Source: an uncultured Actinomycetes bacterium
GTDB taxonomy: Bacteria > Actinomycetota > Acidimicrobiia > IMCC26256 > JACDBD01
Direction of reading: 5' to 3'
NCBI GenBank assembly: GCA_963737605.1
Contig: CAVTTE010000012.1
Location: 201,744-265,743, forward strand
Length of the DNA stretch: 64,000 nt
Of this stretch, positions 41,780-51,731 are shown piece after piece (position 1 is the stretch's first letter; each line of letters opens with the position of its first letter). Position numbers and translations under genes: made by a program. Below the pieces are notes generated by a model that saw only the letters and a list, made by a program, of their open reading frames with translations, did not search any database and was not told the DNA's origin.

Positions 41780-42917
41780 GGCGGGTCCGGATCATCGGGC
41801 GGGACGAGGTCCCAGTTGCCCGGCTCGCCGACGACCCTCCAGCCGAAATAGGTCTTGAGCTGGTGGTGGTGCGAGCAGATGCGCCACGCGTTCGCGAGCT
41901 CCGTTCTGCCGCCTTCCGCGATCGGGACCACGTGGTCGACCTCGAGGAACTGGTCGTTGGCGCAGACGTTCACGCCGCAGGTGGGATACCGCGACTCGAG
42001 CGCCCGCCGCAGCTTCGCCGGGATCGTGCGCTTCGGTGAGGAGACGGCGGTGACGTCGTCGCCGTCGCGCACCAGCACCGCGACCGACGCGTCATCGAAG
42101 AGTGCCCGGGCGGTGGTCACCGGCACCGGCCCCACCCGTTCGATCTCGCAGCGTTCGCCGGACTCGGTGTGCCCGCGGCCCAGCGCCGAGCTGTCGACGG
42201 TCACGCGCACCTCGACCGGCTTGCACGGACCTTCGGTTGCAAGCGCGACGAGCGCGTCGGCGGCGTAGGCGGCGCGGGGTTCGCGGCGCCCGGCTTGCGG
42301 GCGTCGCAGAAAATGCGGTCGGTGTGGGCTCTCCACGCCGCGCTGAACCGAGCGCCGGCGTCAGGCGCCAGGCGGGCGTTGAGGCAGTAGGCGCCGTCGG
42401 GATCCGTCCATTCGTGCGCCTTCCGTTCGACGTGCAACCGCCGTGCCCACGCCCGGTCGTCGGCCTCGGCGCCGGCGCGCACCTGGCGGCACCGATCCCG
42501 CAACCCCTTCACGCTCGTCTCGGCCGCGGTCTTCAACAGCTGCCTTCGGCGCCGGGGTCGGCACCGGCCGCGCTCGCGATCTCCACACGCCTGCGTCTCC
42601 GACAGCTCACCGGCACGAAACGCCGCGTCGGTCTCGGGCAACTGCTCGAGCGCCCGCGCCGTCTCCAAGGTCCGCGCCGCGGCGCCCACCGTTTCGCCCG
42701 TGGTCTCGGCCACCCAGTGCGCGGCGCTGCGATGCCCGCTCTTGCGCCACACCTTGGTCTCCTCGACCCGGCGCGCCAGAAGTGACTTGATCGCCCCGCA
42801 AATCCGCTCCGCTCGTGCTGCGTCGTCGAAGAGCTCCGCCGCCCGCCGACCATCGAGCGTGAGCGGATTCAGCTCTCGAGAGATCTGTTCGAGCTCACCG
42901 AGCACCTGCGCGAACAC
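41776..42917 (-). CDS. DUF222 / HNH endonuclease (mycobacterial 13E12-repeat-family-like) (2-3 frameshifts)
   Basis: Lower part of ORF 42201..43691 (VFAQVLGELEQISRELNPLTLDG...WVAETTGETVGAAARTLETARALEQLPETDAAFRAGELS), ORF 42533..42853 (VEIASAAGADPGAEG) and ORF 41776..42336 (HNH: CGVNVCANDQFLEVDHVVPIAEGGRTELANAWRICSHHHQLK). Confidence 0.8.
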
Positions 42918-42959
42918 GCCTCCCCCTCGGGACCGGGCACCGACCGGGGAAGCACCTTG

Positions 42960-42988
42960 ACTATACGAACATACGTTCGCTCTGTCAA
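42960..42988 (-). promoter_or_regulatory. Near-consensus sigma70-type promoter: TTGACA - 17 nt - TATAGT (minus strand)
   Basis: The reverse complement of 42960-42988 reads TTGACAgagcgaacgtatgttcgTATAGT. The -10 ends about 43 nt upstream of GTG 42917, with GGAGG in between. The -35 overlaps the stop codon of the upstream LLM gene. The spacer contains the palindrome CGAAC-N4-GTTCG. Confidence 0.55.
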
Positions 42989-44005
42989 GCCCCGCTCTTG
43001 AATCCCTCGACGACGCGCGACCAGCGCTCGGGGTCGCTCTTGTACGGGGCGTAGAAGCTGACGCGGTCGACGACGTCGCCGTAGCGCTCGAGCAGCTTCG
43101 CAGGGATCTCCTCGGGCTCGCCGGACACCGCGAACGTGCCGAGGATCTCGTCGTCGACGAGCTCGCCCATCTGCACCCACTCGCCCTGCTTCGACAGCCG
43201 GTTGAGGTCGCTCTGGAGGTCGCCCCAGCCGTGCAGCTCGAGCACGCCCCGGTACGCGGGCGTCGAGCCGTAGAACGCGATCTGCTGCTTCGTGCCCTTG
43301 CGCGCCGCCTCGTACTCCTCCTCGTTGGTGCCGGTGACCACGAACATCGGGCCCGATGAGCTCGAAGTCGCCGCGCTGCTTGCCGGCCCGCGCCCACCCG
43401 CGCTCGAGCGCCGGCATCGTGACCTCGCGCACGTACCGCTCGGTCGTGAAGCCGTGCAGCAGGATCCCGTCGGCGACCTCGCCTGCCACCTCGGTCATGC
43501 GCTCGCCGACGGCGGCGAGGAACACCTTCGGGGTGCCGTACGGGTTGGGGCCGGGGTTGAAGAACGGCGTCATGAGCGTGTGGCGGTAGAACTCGCCGCG
43601 GAAGTCGAGCTTGTCGCCGTCGTTCCAGCACGCCCAGATGGCGCGCATGGCGAGGATGAACTCGCGCATCCGCTTCGCCGGCTCCGACCACGGCATCGAG
43701 AACCGCTTCTCGATGTGCGGCTTGATCTGGCTGCCGAGGCCGAGGATGAAGCGGCCCTTCGTGTAGAGCTGAAGGTCGTTGCCGATGACGGCCGTCGACA
43801 TCGGGTTGCGGGCGAACGCCACCGCGATGCCGGTGGCGAGCTCGATGCGCTCGGTCTCGAGCGCCGCCAGCGCGATCGGGAGGAACGGGTCGTGGCTGGT
43901 CTCGGCGGTGAAGACGCCGTCGTATCCCAGCTCCTCGAGCTCCCGCGCCGCCGCCGGCATCTCCTCGGGCCGGGCCGTCATCACCGTTCCGTCGACTCGC
44001 ATCAT
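42985..44005 (-). CDS. LLM-class (luciferase-like) F420-dependent oxidoreductase (one frameshift near ~43350)
   Basis: ORF 42869..44005 (LGYDGVFTAETSHDPF, ILGLGSQIKPHIEKRF, FNPGPNPYG) continues in ORF 42985..43347. Confidence 0.8.
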
Positions 44006-44095
44006 TCCCCCAGGTCAGCCTCTCCTGGGTCGTCCGGACACCGGAGGCTACGGGAGATCCGCGTAGCCGTCATACCCCGGCGTTACTCTCCGGAC

Positions 44096-44937
44096 ATGGG
44101 ACTGGCATTCCCTCCGTCGTTGTCACCGAGCTCGGTTTCGGCGTTCAAGTCGTGCCCGCTCGCGTTCAAGTTCTCGTACATCGACCGCCTGCCCGAGCCC
44201 CCCAGCCCGGCGGCCACCAAGGGCACGCTCGTCCACCGCGCCCTCGAGCTGCTGATGTGCCGGCCGCCAGGCCGACCGCACCGTCGACGCCGCGCTGGTC
44301 GACCTCGAGACCGCCCGGGTCGAGATGGCCGACGATCCGGATCTCGCCGGCCTCGAGCTGACCGACGAGCAGCGGGCGCAGTTCGACGCCGACGCCGAGG
44401 AGCTCGTACGGAAGTACTTCCTGCCTCGAGGACCCGCGCACGGTGCGCCCCAACGGCTTGGAGCTGAAGCTCACGGCCCAGTTCGGCCGGGTCACGCTGC
44501 GCGGGATCATCGACCGGCTCGAGATCGACGACGACGGCGAGTTCGTCGTCACCGACTACAAGACCGGGTCGGTGCCCAGCGAGTTCGCCGAGAACGCCCG
44601 TCTCTCGGGCGTGCACATCTACGCGGCCCTGTGCGAGCAGATGCTCGGCAAGCGGCCGGCGCGCGTGCAGCTCTACTACCTCTCGAAGCCCGAGGCGATC
44701 ATCGCCACCCCCACCGAGCAGTCGGTCGCCGGGGTCGGACGCCGCGCCGACGCCCTGTGGACGGCCATCCTCCGGGCCTGCGAGCGCGACGACTTCCGCC
44801 CTCATCCCGGTCCGCTCTGCGACTACTGCACCTTCAAGCCGTACTGCCCCGCGTTCGGCGGCGATCCCGTGCAGGCGGCCGAGCTGCGCGGCCCGGGCAC
44901 GGTGATCGAGCCCAGCCTCCCGCTCGTCGCCAGCTGA
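44096..44937 (+). CDS. PD-(D/E)XK RecB-family nuclease with Cas4/AddB-like Cys cluster (2 frameshifts)
   Basis: Tail of ORF 43292..44467 (SVSAFKSCPLAFKFSYIDRLPEP, KGTLVHRALE), head of ORF 44325..45233, and ORF 44443..44937 (RGIIDRLEIDDDGEFVVTDYKTG; CDYCTFKPYCP). Confidence 0.75.
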
Positions 44938-44958
44938 CGGCGGCCGGCTCCGCGACGC

Positions 44959-45499
44959 TTACGCCGCCGCGCCGCGCCGCGGCCAGCAACCGGCGCGTCT
45001 CGCGTGGGTGCCGCAGCCGCAGCACCTCGAGGTGCGCGTACTCGGGCCGGCGCAGCAGATCGGGATACTTGCGGCGCCGCTCGCCGTGCTTCACCCACGC
45101 CCACCGGATCGGGTGCTCCGGGTCGGCCCAGCTCCGCCAGTCCTCGCGGTTCTCGTTCCACATCGGCTTGCGCGTGATCGCCCGCCACACCGAGCGGCGG
45201 ATGACGCGCATCATGATCAGCGGACGCTCGTAGTCGAGCCACACCAGCTGATTCGCGCGGCCCCAGACCAGGTCGCGCACCGCCTCGTAGTTCCCGTCGC
45301 AGACCCAACGGTCGCCGGCGGTCGCGGCGTCGGTGCGCTCGCGCAACTCCTCGACCGTCGCCTGCTGCCAGTTCGGCCCGTGCTGGAACGCGTCGAGCTC
45401 GATGTGCGGGCAGTCGAGCAGCACGGCCAGCCGGGCCGAGAGGGTCGTCTTGCCCGCGCCGCTGGTCCCGACGACGGCGATGCGAGGTCCGAAGTTCAT
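44959..45499 (-). CDS. P-loop NTPase (adenylate-kinase-like / topology-modulation-like); 3' end uncertain
   Basis: Part of ORF 44834..46042 from ATG 45499 (RIAVVGTSGAGKTTLS). After about residue 170 the frame runs antisense into the nuclease gene as low-complexity text. An out-of-frame TAA lies at 44959-44961. Confidence 0.6.
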
Positions 45500-45523
45500 C
45501 GCGCCACTTGTACCCTCTCGTGC

Positions 45524-46174
45524 GTGAGCACCGGCAGCTCGTCGTCGGATCCGAGCGCCACCCTGGCCGCGCTCGCCGGTGACGCAGAGCTCGCTGACCG
45601 CGTTCGCTTCGTGGTCGAGCTCGACCGGCTCAAGCAGGTGCTGCGACGCACGGTCGTCACCGACGGTAGACGGCGCGAGAACACCGCCGAGCACTCGTGG
45701 CACGTCGCGATGATGGCGCTCGTCCTCGCCGATGCCGCCGACGAGCCCGTCGACCCGATGCGCGTCGCGAAGTTGCTCCTCGTCCACGACATCGTGGAGA
45801 TCGACGCCGGCGACACGTTCGTCTACGACGCCGACGGGCAGGAGTCGAAAGCGGCGCGTGAGCGAGCAGCCGCCGAGCGACTCTTCGGCCTCCTGCCGGG
45901 CGACCAGGGCGACGAGCTGCGCAGCTGCTGGCTGGAGTTCGAGCACGGGACGACGGCCGACGCCCGCTTCGCCCGCGCCCTCGATCGGCTCCAGCCGCTG
46001 CTGCTCAACCACGCATCCGCCGGGCAGGCGTGGCGAGAGCACGGCATCACCGCCGGCCAGGTCCGCGCCGTGAACTCGACGATCGGCGACGGCTCAGCCG
46101 CGCTGTGGGAGCTCGCGCAGCACGTCATCGACGACGCCGTCACCCGGGGCTGGCTGCCCGAGACGGGCCGTTAG
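45524..46174 (+). CDS. HD-domain phosphohydrolase (YfbR-like 5'-nucleotidase family)
   Basis: Tail of ORF 45008..46174 from GTG 45524 (RRENTAEHSWHVAMMAL, LLVHDIVEIDAGDTF). Confidence 0.75.
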   Translation: MSTGSSSSDPSATLAALAGDAELADRVRFVVELDRLKQVLRRTVVTDGRRRENTAEHSWHVAMMALVLADAADEPVDPMRVAKLLLVHDIVEIDAGDTFVYDADGQESKAARERAAAERLFGLLPGDQGDELRSCWLEFEHGTTADARFARALDRLQPLLLNHASAGQAWREHGITAGQVRAVNSTIGDGSAALWELAQHVIDDAVTRGWLPETGR

Positions 46175-46189
46175 GCTCGATCATCGCTT

Positions 46190-46785
46190 TCGTTCCGTCT
46201 CCGACGGGCCGCGCTGGGTCCAGAGCTGGCCGCGGCGCGGCGCTCTCGGCCGATGGATCCGCGCCTTCGACGACACCGTCGACCGGTGGGTCGAGCGCAC
46301 TCGCGACCCGAGCCTGGACCCGCTCTTCTACGGGTTGTCGAGCGCCGCCGACCACGCGCTGCTCTGGATCGCGCTCGGCGCGTCTGCGTGCGGCCCGCCG
46401 CGGCGACCCGGCGATCGCGTTGCGGTTCGCCGCCGTGCTCGGCGTGGAGTCGGCCCTGACCAACGGCCCGATCAAGCTCGCGTTCCGTCGCATCCGCCCG
46501 CCGAGCGCGCCGCCGGGACCGCTTCCCTACGGGATGCGCCGACCGCGGACGAGCGCCTTCCCGTCCGGGCACGCGACGTCCGCGTTCACCGCCGCGACGC
46601 TGCTGTCCGAAGGCTCTCCCGCCACATCGGCGTACTGGGAGCTGGCCGTGCTCGTCGCCGCGAGCCGCGTCTACGTCCGGATGCACCACGCGTCCGACGC
46701 CGTCGCGGGCACGCTGCTCGGGCTCGCGTTCGGGCAGATCGCCAAGCGCGTCCTGCCGTCATCGGCGCGGGAATCGCAGCAGTAG
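46190..46785 (+). CDS. PAP2 (type 2 phosphatidic acid / lipid phosphate phosphatase) family protein (about 2 frameshifts; start uncertain)
   Basis: Head of the ORF 46335..47429 frame (FDDTVDRWVERTRDPSLDPLFYGLSSAADHALLWIALGA), then ORF 46030..46785 with motifs KLAFRRIRP, PSGH and SRVYVRMHHASD. Confidence 0.75.
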
Positions 46786-46841
46786 CTTGGGGGGTGCCCA
46801 CCTCAGCCGGCAGGGCCGTCCCCGTCCCGGAGGTTTCACCC

Positions 46842-47429
46842 GTGCCCCGCGAGATCGCCGTCAGCTTCGACTACCGCTGCCCCTTCGCCCGCAACGCCCA
46901 CGAGGCCGTCGTCACGGCCCTGCGCGACGGCGCCGACCTCGACGTGCGGTTCCTCCCGTTCTCGCTCGATCAGGCGCACGTCGAGGAGGGCGAGCAGCCG
47001 GTGTGGGATCGTCAGCCCGACGAGTGGGGCACGGGCGTGACCGCGCTGCTCTACGGGATCGCCATCCGCGACCAGTTCCCCGAGGGCTTCTTCGACTTCC
47101 ATCTCGCCGCCTTCGCCGCCCGCCACGACCACGGCAAGAAGCTCGGCCACGAGGACGTCGTCCGCGAGGCCGTGGCCTCCGCCGGGCTCGACGTCGACGC
47201 CGTCGCCGAAGAGGCGTGGAGCGGCCGGCCGCTGAAGACGCTCGCCGCCGAGCACACCGAGCAGGTCGACCGGTTCAACGCGTTCGGCGTCCCGACGTTC
47301 ATCGAGGGCGACGAGGCCGTGTTCATCCGGTTCATGGAGCGCAACCGGGCCGACGACCTCGAGCGGGCGCTCGACCTGCTCGACTGGACCCGCCTGAACG
47401 AGTTCAAGCGCACCCAAATCGCGCGATAA
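46842..47429 (+). CDS. DsbA-like thioredoxin-fold protein (HCCA isomerase/DsbA family)
   Basis: Tail of ORF 46335..47429 from GTG 46842, preceded by GGAGG (IAVSFDYRCPFARNAHE ... FGVPTFI). Confidence 0.7.
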   Translation: MPREIAVSFDYRCPFARNAHEAVVTALRDGADLDVRFLPFSLDQAHVEEGEQPVWDRQPDEWGTGVTALLYGIAIRDQFPEGFFDFHLAAFAARHDHGKKLGHEDVVREAVASAGLDVDAVAEEAWSGRPLKTLAAEHTEQVDRFNAFGVPTFIEGDEAVFIRFMERNRADDLERALDLLDWTRLNEFKRTQIAR

Positions 47430-47478
47430 CCGCACGGCGCGCTTGCGCGCCCATCTGCCTCGCGAGACCCTGATCCCA

Positions 47479-48895
47479 ATGCGAATGAGCGATGCCGAGG
47501 CGATCATGTGGGCGGTCGAGAAGGACCCCGCCCTCCGCTCGGACTTCACGAACATCAGCATTCTCGAGCGTGCACCCGACGCCGCCCGCGTGCGTGCCAA
47601 GGTCGAGCAGGCCATCGAGGCGATCCCGCGCCTCGGCGACCGTGTCGTCGCGCCGCCCTTCCGCCTCGCCACGCCCGAGTGGGTGCCCGACCACGACCTC
47701 GACCTCGACTACCACCTCCGGACCGTCGCCGTCCCGGCGCCCGGTGGCATGCGGCAGCTGCTCGACCTGGCGGCGGCGGTGGCGGCGACGCCGCTCGACC
47801 GGTCGCGTCCGCTGTGGGAGTTCACCGTCGTCGAAGGACTGGAAGGCGGACGGGCCGCGTTCCTCCAGAAGGTCCATCACACGATCACGGACGGCGTCGG
47901 CGGCGTGAAGCTGTCGCTCAGCCTGCTCGACTTCGAGCCCGACCCGCCGGCGCCACCGGAGCCTTCGGCGACGCAGCGCATCGCCGCCGAAGCCGAAGCC
48001 GAACGACGCGCCGCGGCCTTCGCCGATCCGGTGAGACGCGTCTCGCCGGCGAGCGTCGGTCGAAAAGGCCGTCTCGTACACGGTTCGCCAGCAGCTCGGA
48101 CGCGCTCGGCGCGGCCTCGAGTCCGCCACGCACGTCCTGGCCAGCCCGGAGTCGGCGCGCCGCGGCGTCGACGACGCCGTCCGGCTCGCCGGATCGGTGC
48201 GGCGGCAGCTGCTCGTGACCGATCCCGCCCGCTCGCCCCTGCTCGACCGCCGTTCGCTGGCCCTGCGGTTCGAGCGGTTCGGCGTACCGCTCACGCAAGC
48301 GAAGGCGACGGGGGCGAAGCTCGGCGGCAGCGTCAACGACGTGTACGTGACCGGCATCACCGGCGCCCTCGGCCTGTACCACGAGCGCATGGGCGTTCCG
48401 TGCGACGAGTTGCGCATGGCGATGCCGATCAGCACCCGTGGCAACGACGAGGAGAGCGCGAACAGCTTCACGCCGGCGCGTGTGCTCGTGCCGGTCACAC
48501 CCAAGGACCCGGCGGCGCGCTTCAAGCTCGTGCACGAACGACTCCACGGTCTGCGAGACGAGCCGGCCGTCACCGCCGCCGGTTCGCTGGCGGGCCTGCT
48601 CACCGCCCTGCCGACCTCGATGCTGGTCGCGCTCACGCGCACTCAAGCCCACACGATCGACTTCGCAACATCGAACCTGCAGGGCAGCCCCGTCGACCTG
48701 TACCTCGGGGGCGCCCGCATCGAAGCCAACTACCCGATGGGCCCGCGCGCGGCGTGCGCGCTGAACGTCACGCTGCTGAGCTACCGCGACTCGCTCGACA
48801 TGGGGATCAACATCGATCCCGCGGCCGTGAGCGACCCGGCGACGATGCTCGACTGCATCGACGAGTCGTTCGGCGCGCTGCTCGACGTCGACTAA
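47479..48895 (+). CDS. Wax ester synthase / acyl-CoA:diacylglycerol acyltransferase (WS/DGAT) (1-2 frameshifts near 48030-48070)
   Basis: ORF 47443..48912 from ATG 47479 (active site HHTITDGVGG) continues in the frame of ORF 48197..48895 (GGSVNDVYVTGITGAL, TSNLQGSP, LNVTLLSYRDSLDMGI). Confidence 0.85.
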
Positions 48896-48908
48896 GTCGA
48901 CGCCGCGG

Positions 48909-49295
48909 CTAAGGCGCCGGGCGGCGAACGCCCGGCACTTCGTCGATGGCGTCGCACCACTCGGTGAAGCCGGGGTCGAGCCACTCGTCGTGCTCGCACT
49001 CGGTGACGAGATCCTCGACGTAGACGTGCAGCGTCGGCGCTTCCTCGGCCAGCTCGACGAGGTCGGCGGCGCGTGGGTGGAACGGCCCGCTCTCGAGCAC
49101 GTCGAGGACCGCGACGACGGCCAGGACCCGGCTGCGGCACGTCGGGCACGCCGACACCGTCGCCGCCTCGAGCCCGTCGGTCAGACCGAACAGCAGCACC
49201 GCCTCGGCGGCGTCGAGCAGCACCCGGTTGCCGTCGTCGTCGACGAAGGCCAGGGAGCCCTCGGGGGGGTGGTCGGGGTCGGGCGAGGGCGGCAT
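48909..49295 (-). CDS. Hypothetical protein with CxxC...CxH...C pattern
   Basis: Tail of ORF 48909..49547 from ATG 49295 (SACPTCRSRVLAVVAVLDVLESG ... LVTECEHDEWLDPGFTEWCDAI). No family recognised. Confidence 0.4.
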   Translation of the reverse strand: MPPSPDPDHPPEGSLAFVDDDGNRVLLDAAEAVLLFGLTDGLEAATVSACPTCRSRVLAVVAVLDVLESGPFHPRAADLVELAEEAPTLHVYVEDLVTECEHDEWLDPGFTEWCDAIDEVPGVRRPAP

Positions 49296-49396
49296 GCACC
49301 GGGAAGGTAGCGCCCTCCGGCGCCCGGCCCCTCCTGGCGTCCCGTTTGCCCAGGTCAGAGGCGCCGGCGGGCCGCGGTGGCCTAGGGTTCCGGGCC

Positions 49397-50364
49397 GTGC
49401 GGGCGGTGACCGTGGTCGAGGGCCGGCTGGAGTGGCGGGAGCATCCCGATCCGGAGCCGGGCGCGGGCGAGCTGCTGATCGAGGTGCGCGCCGCCGGCCT
49501 GAACAGCGCCGACATGGCGCAACGGCGCGGCTTGTACCCGGCGCCACCCGGGAGCCCGCCGGACATCCCGGGCATGGAGCTCGCGGGTGAGGTCGTGGCG
49601 CTCGGCCGCGACGTCCAGCGGTTCTCGGTCGGCGATCGCGTCATGGCGCTCGTCGGCGGCGGCGGGCAAGCCGAGCTGGCGCTGGCGCACGAGCGCGTCA
49701 CGCTGCCCGTGACGGACACGCTGACGTGGCCCGAGGCGGGTGGGTTCCCCGAGGTGTTCACCACGGCGCACGACGCGCTCTTCAGCCAGTGTGCGCTGCG
49801 CATGGGCGAGCACGCCCTCGTGCACGCGCGCGGCCGGCGGCGTCGGCATCGCCGGTGTCCAGCTCGCGGCGCTGGCCGGCGCACGCGTCGACCGCGACAG
49901 TGCGCAATCCGGACTTGCGCGACGATGTCGCCGCGATCGGGACGCGCGCCGGCCGGACCGAGGTCGTCGCACCGGATGCGTTCGTCGACCGCGGCCCCTT
50001 CGACGTCGTGCTCGAGCTCATCGGCGCGCCGAACATCGCGTCGGACCTCGACGCGCTCGCCGTCGGTGGGCGCATCGTCGTGATCGGCCTCGGCGGCGGC
50101 GCCAACGCCGAGCTCAACTTGCTGACGCTGATGGGCGAAGCGCGGCCGCATCCACGCCTCGGGGCTGCGCGCCTCGCCCGCTCGAGGAGAAGGCCCGCTG
50201 CCGTGCAGCTCGTCGAAGCGCACGTGCTCCCGTTCCTCCGCGACGACGAGCACGTCGCTCCAGGTCCCGGTGGCGGCCACGTACCCGATGGCGAGGCCGA
50301 GGCCGCCTACGACCGGTTCGTGGCCGGCGGCAAGCTCGGCAAGATCGTGCTGACGAGCGACTAG
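49397..50364 (+). CDS. NADPH:quinone oxidoreductase / zinc-type MDR alcohol dehydrogenase family (at least 4 frameshifts)
   Basis: ORFs 49073..50083 (LIEVRAAGLNSADMAQRRGLYPAPPGSPPDIPGMELAGEV), 49740..50423 (AAGGVGIAGVQLA) and 49726..50364 (VVLELIGAPN, GGRIVVIGLGGG, end YDRFVAGGKLGKIVLTSD*). Confidence 0.75.
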
Positions 50365-50428
50365 TCCGCGTGCTCGGCGCGTGCCGGGCGATCGTCGTCG
50401 ACTACCCGCTGCGGGACGACTGACGCCG

Positions 50429-50932
50429 CTACGCGCTCCCGTCGAGGAGGCGCGGCACGACGATCCACGCGAGCACGCCCGTGCCGGGTCCCACCTCGTC
50501 CCAACCATCGACGTCGAAGTCGATGCGGGCCATCGCCGCCGTGGGGAGACCGACCTCCCCACCGCCGATGAACGCCGACACGGCCTCCGACCAGGTGGGC
50601 TCGTGGCCGACGGCCAGCAGCACGTCGGTGGTTGCGGGCTCCTTCCGGACCTCGGCCAGCAAGCCCGACAACCCGCCGTCGTACAGCGTGGCGGCGGTGC
50701 GCACGGGACAGCTCCAGCCGCCGCCTTCCATCGCCAGCCGGAGCGTGTCTTCCGCCCGCACTGCCGGCGACGTGATCGCGGCGTCGGGAGCCTGACCGGC
50801 GCGCGCGAGGAACTTCCCCATCCGCTTCGCCGCCTTCCGCCCGCGGTGAGCCAGCGGTCGGGCGGCGTCACCACCCGGGTAGTCGGCGTCCCAATCGGAC
50901 TTGCCGTGCCGGAAGAGAATGAGCCCGGGCAT
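50429..50932 (-). CDS. sixA: SixA-type phosphohistidine phosphatase
   Basis: ORF 50429..50965 from Met12 (LILFRHGKSDW ... RPLAHRGRKAA ... LLAVGHEPTWS). Confidence 0.75.
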   Translation of the reverse strand: MPGLILFRHGKSDWDADYPGGDAARPLAHRGRKAAKRMGKFLARAGQAPDAAITSPAVRAEDTLRLAMEGGGWSCPVRTAATLYDGGLSGLLAEVRKEPATTDVLLAVGHEPTWSEAVSAFIGGGEVGLPTAAMARIDFDVDGWDEVGPGTGVLAWIVVPRLLDGSA

Positions 50933-50985
50933 CACGCGTCCACCACCGCGAGCTTCGCACGGCACGCCTGGCCGCGGCGGAGCGG

Positions 50986-51005
50986 ATCCGGCAAGCTTGC
51001 CGGAT
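50986..51005. promoter_or_regulatory. Perfect 20-bp palindrome ATCCGGCAAGCTTGCCGGAT overlapping the ATG of the nucleosidase gene
   Basis: Read directly from the sequence. Its last two bases are the A and T of ATG 51004. It lies in the 71-bp divergent spacer between sixA and the nucleosidase operon. Confidence 0.5.
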
Positions 51006-51731
51006 GGACACTCCCGAGAAGTCCGGACCCATCGCGTTCATCTGCGCCATGCCGATGGAGCTGTCGCCCCTCGTCAAGAAGCTGTCGCTGACCAAGACGG
51101 ACATCGACGGCGTCGAAGTCCACCGAGGGACGCTCGACGGGCGTGAGGTCGTCGCCATCGTCACCGGGATGGGAACCAAGCTGGCGACGGAGGCCACCGA
51201 GCGTCTCCTCGACGCGACGCCCGTCGACCGGGTCGTGGTCGTCGGCATCACCGGCGCGGTGGAGAACGAGACGCCGATCGGCACGCTCATCCTCCCCGAG
51301 GTCGTCGTGAACAGCGACACCGGGACCGAGTACCGCCCGGAGCCACTGGGCGAGGGCACGCCGCACGGGAAGATGTGGACGGGCGACGTGCTCCTCACCG
51401 ACCCCGACGTGATCGCCGACCTCAGAGCGAAGGGCGTGGTGTCGCTCGACATGGAGACCGCCGCCATCGCCGAGAGCTGCGAGCGCCGCGGCATCCCCTG
51501 GTCGGTGTTCCGGGTGATCAGCGACCGTGCGACCGACGGCAGCGTCGACGAAGAGGTGTTCCGGCTCAGCAACCAGGACGGGACGACCGAACGCCACGGC
51601 CGTCGCCGCGCTACTTCGCCAAGCACCCCGGCCGCATCCCGAAGATGGCCAAGCTGGCCAAGGGCGCCAAGCTCGCCACCAAGACCGCGGCCGACGCCGC
51701 GATCAGAGCCGCCGCAAGGACGGAGCAATGA
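51004..51731 (+). CDS. PNP_UDP_1 family nucleosidase (MTA/SAH-nucleosidase / HpnG / futalosine-hydrolase-like) (1-2 frameshifts near ~51590)
   Basis: Head of ORF 51004..52728 (FICAMPMELSPL, VTGMGTKLAT, GITGAV, SLDMETAAIA, FRVISDRA), then ORF 51375..51731 (RYFAKHPGRIPKMAKLAKGAKLATKTAADAAIRAAARTEQ*). Confidence 0.75.

Noticed and set aside
41776-42988. The DUF222-HNH gene as an IS element or transposon.
   Set aside because: It has no transposase or integrase, no terminal inverted repeats, and no target-site duplication that I could find. It is kept only as a possible selfish gene with its own promoter.
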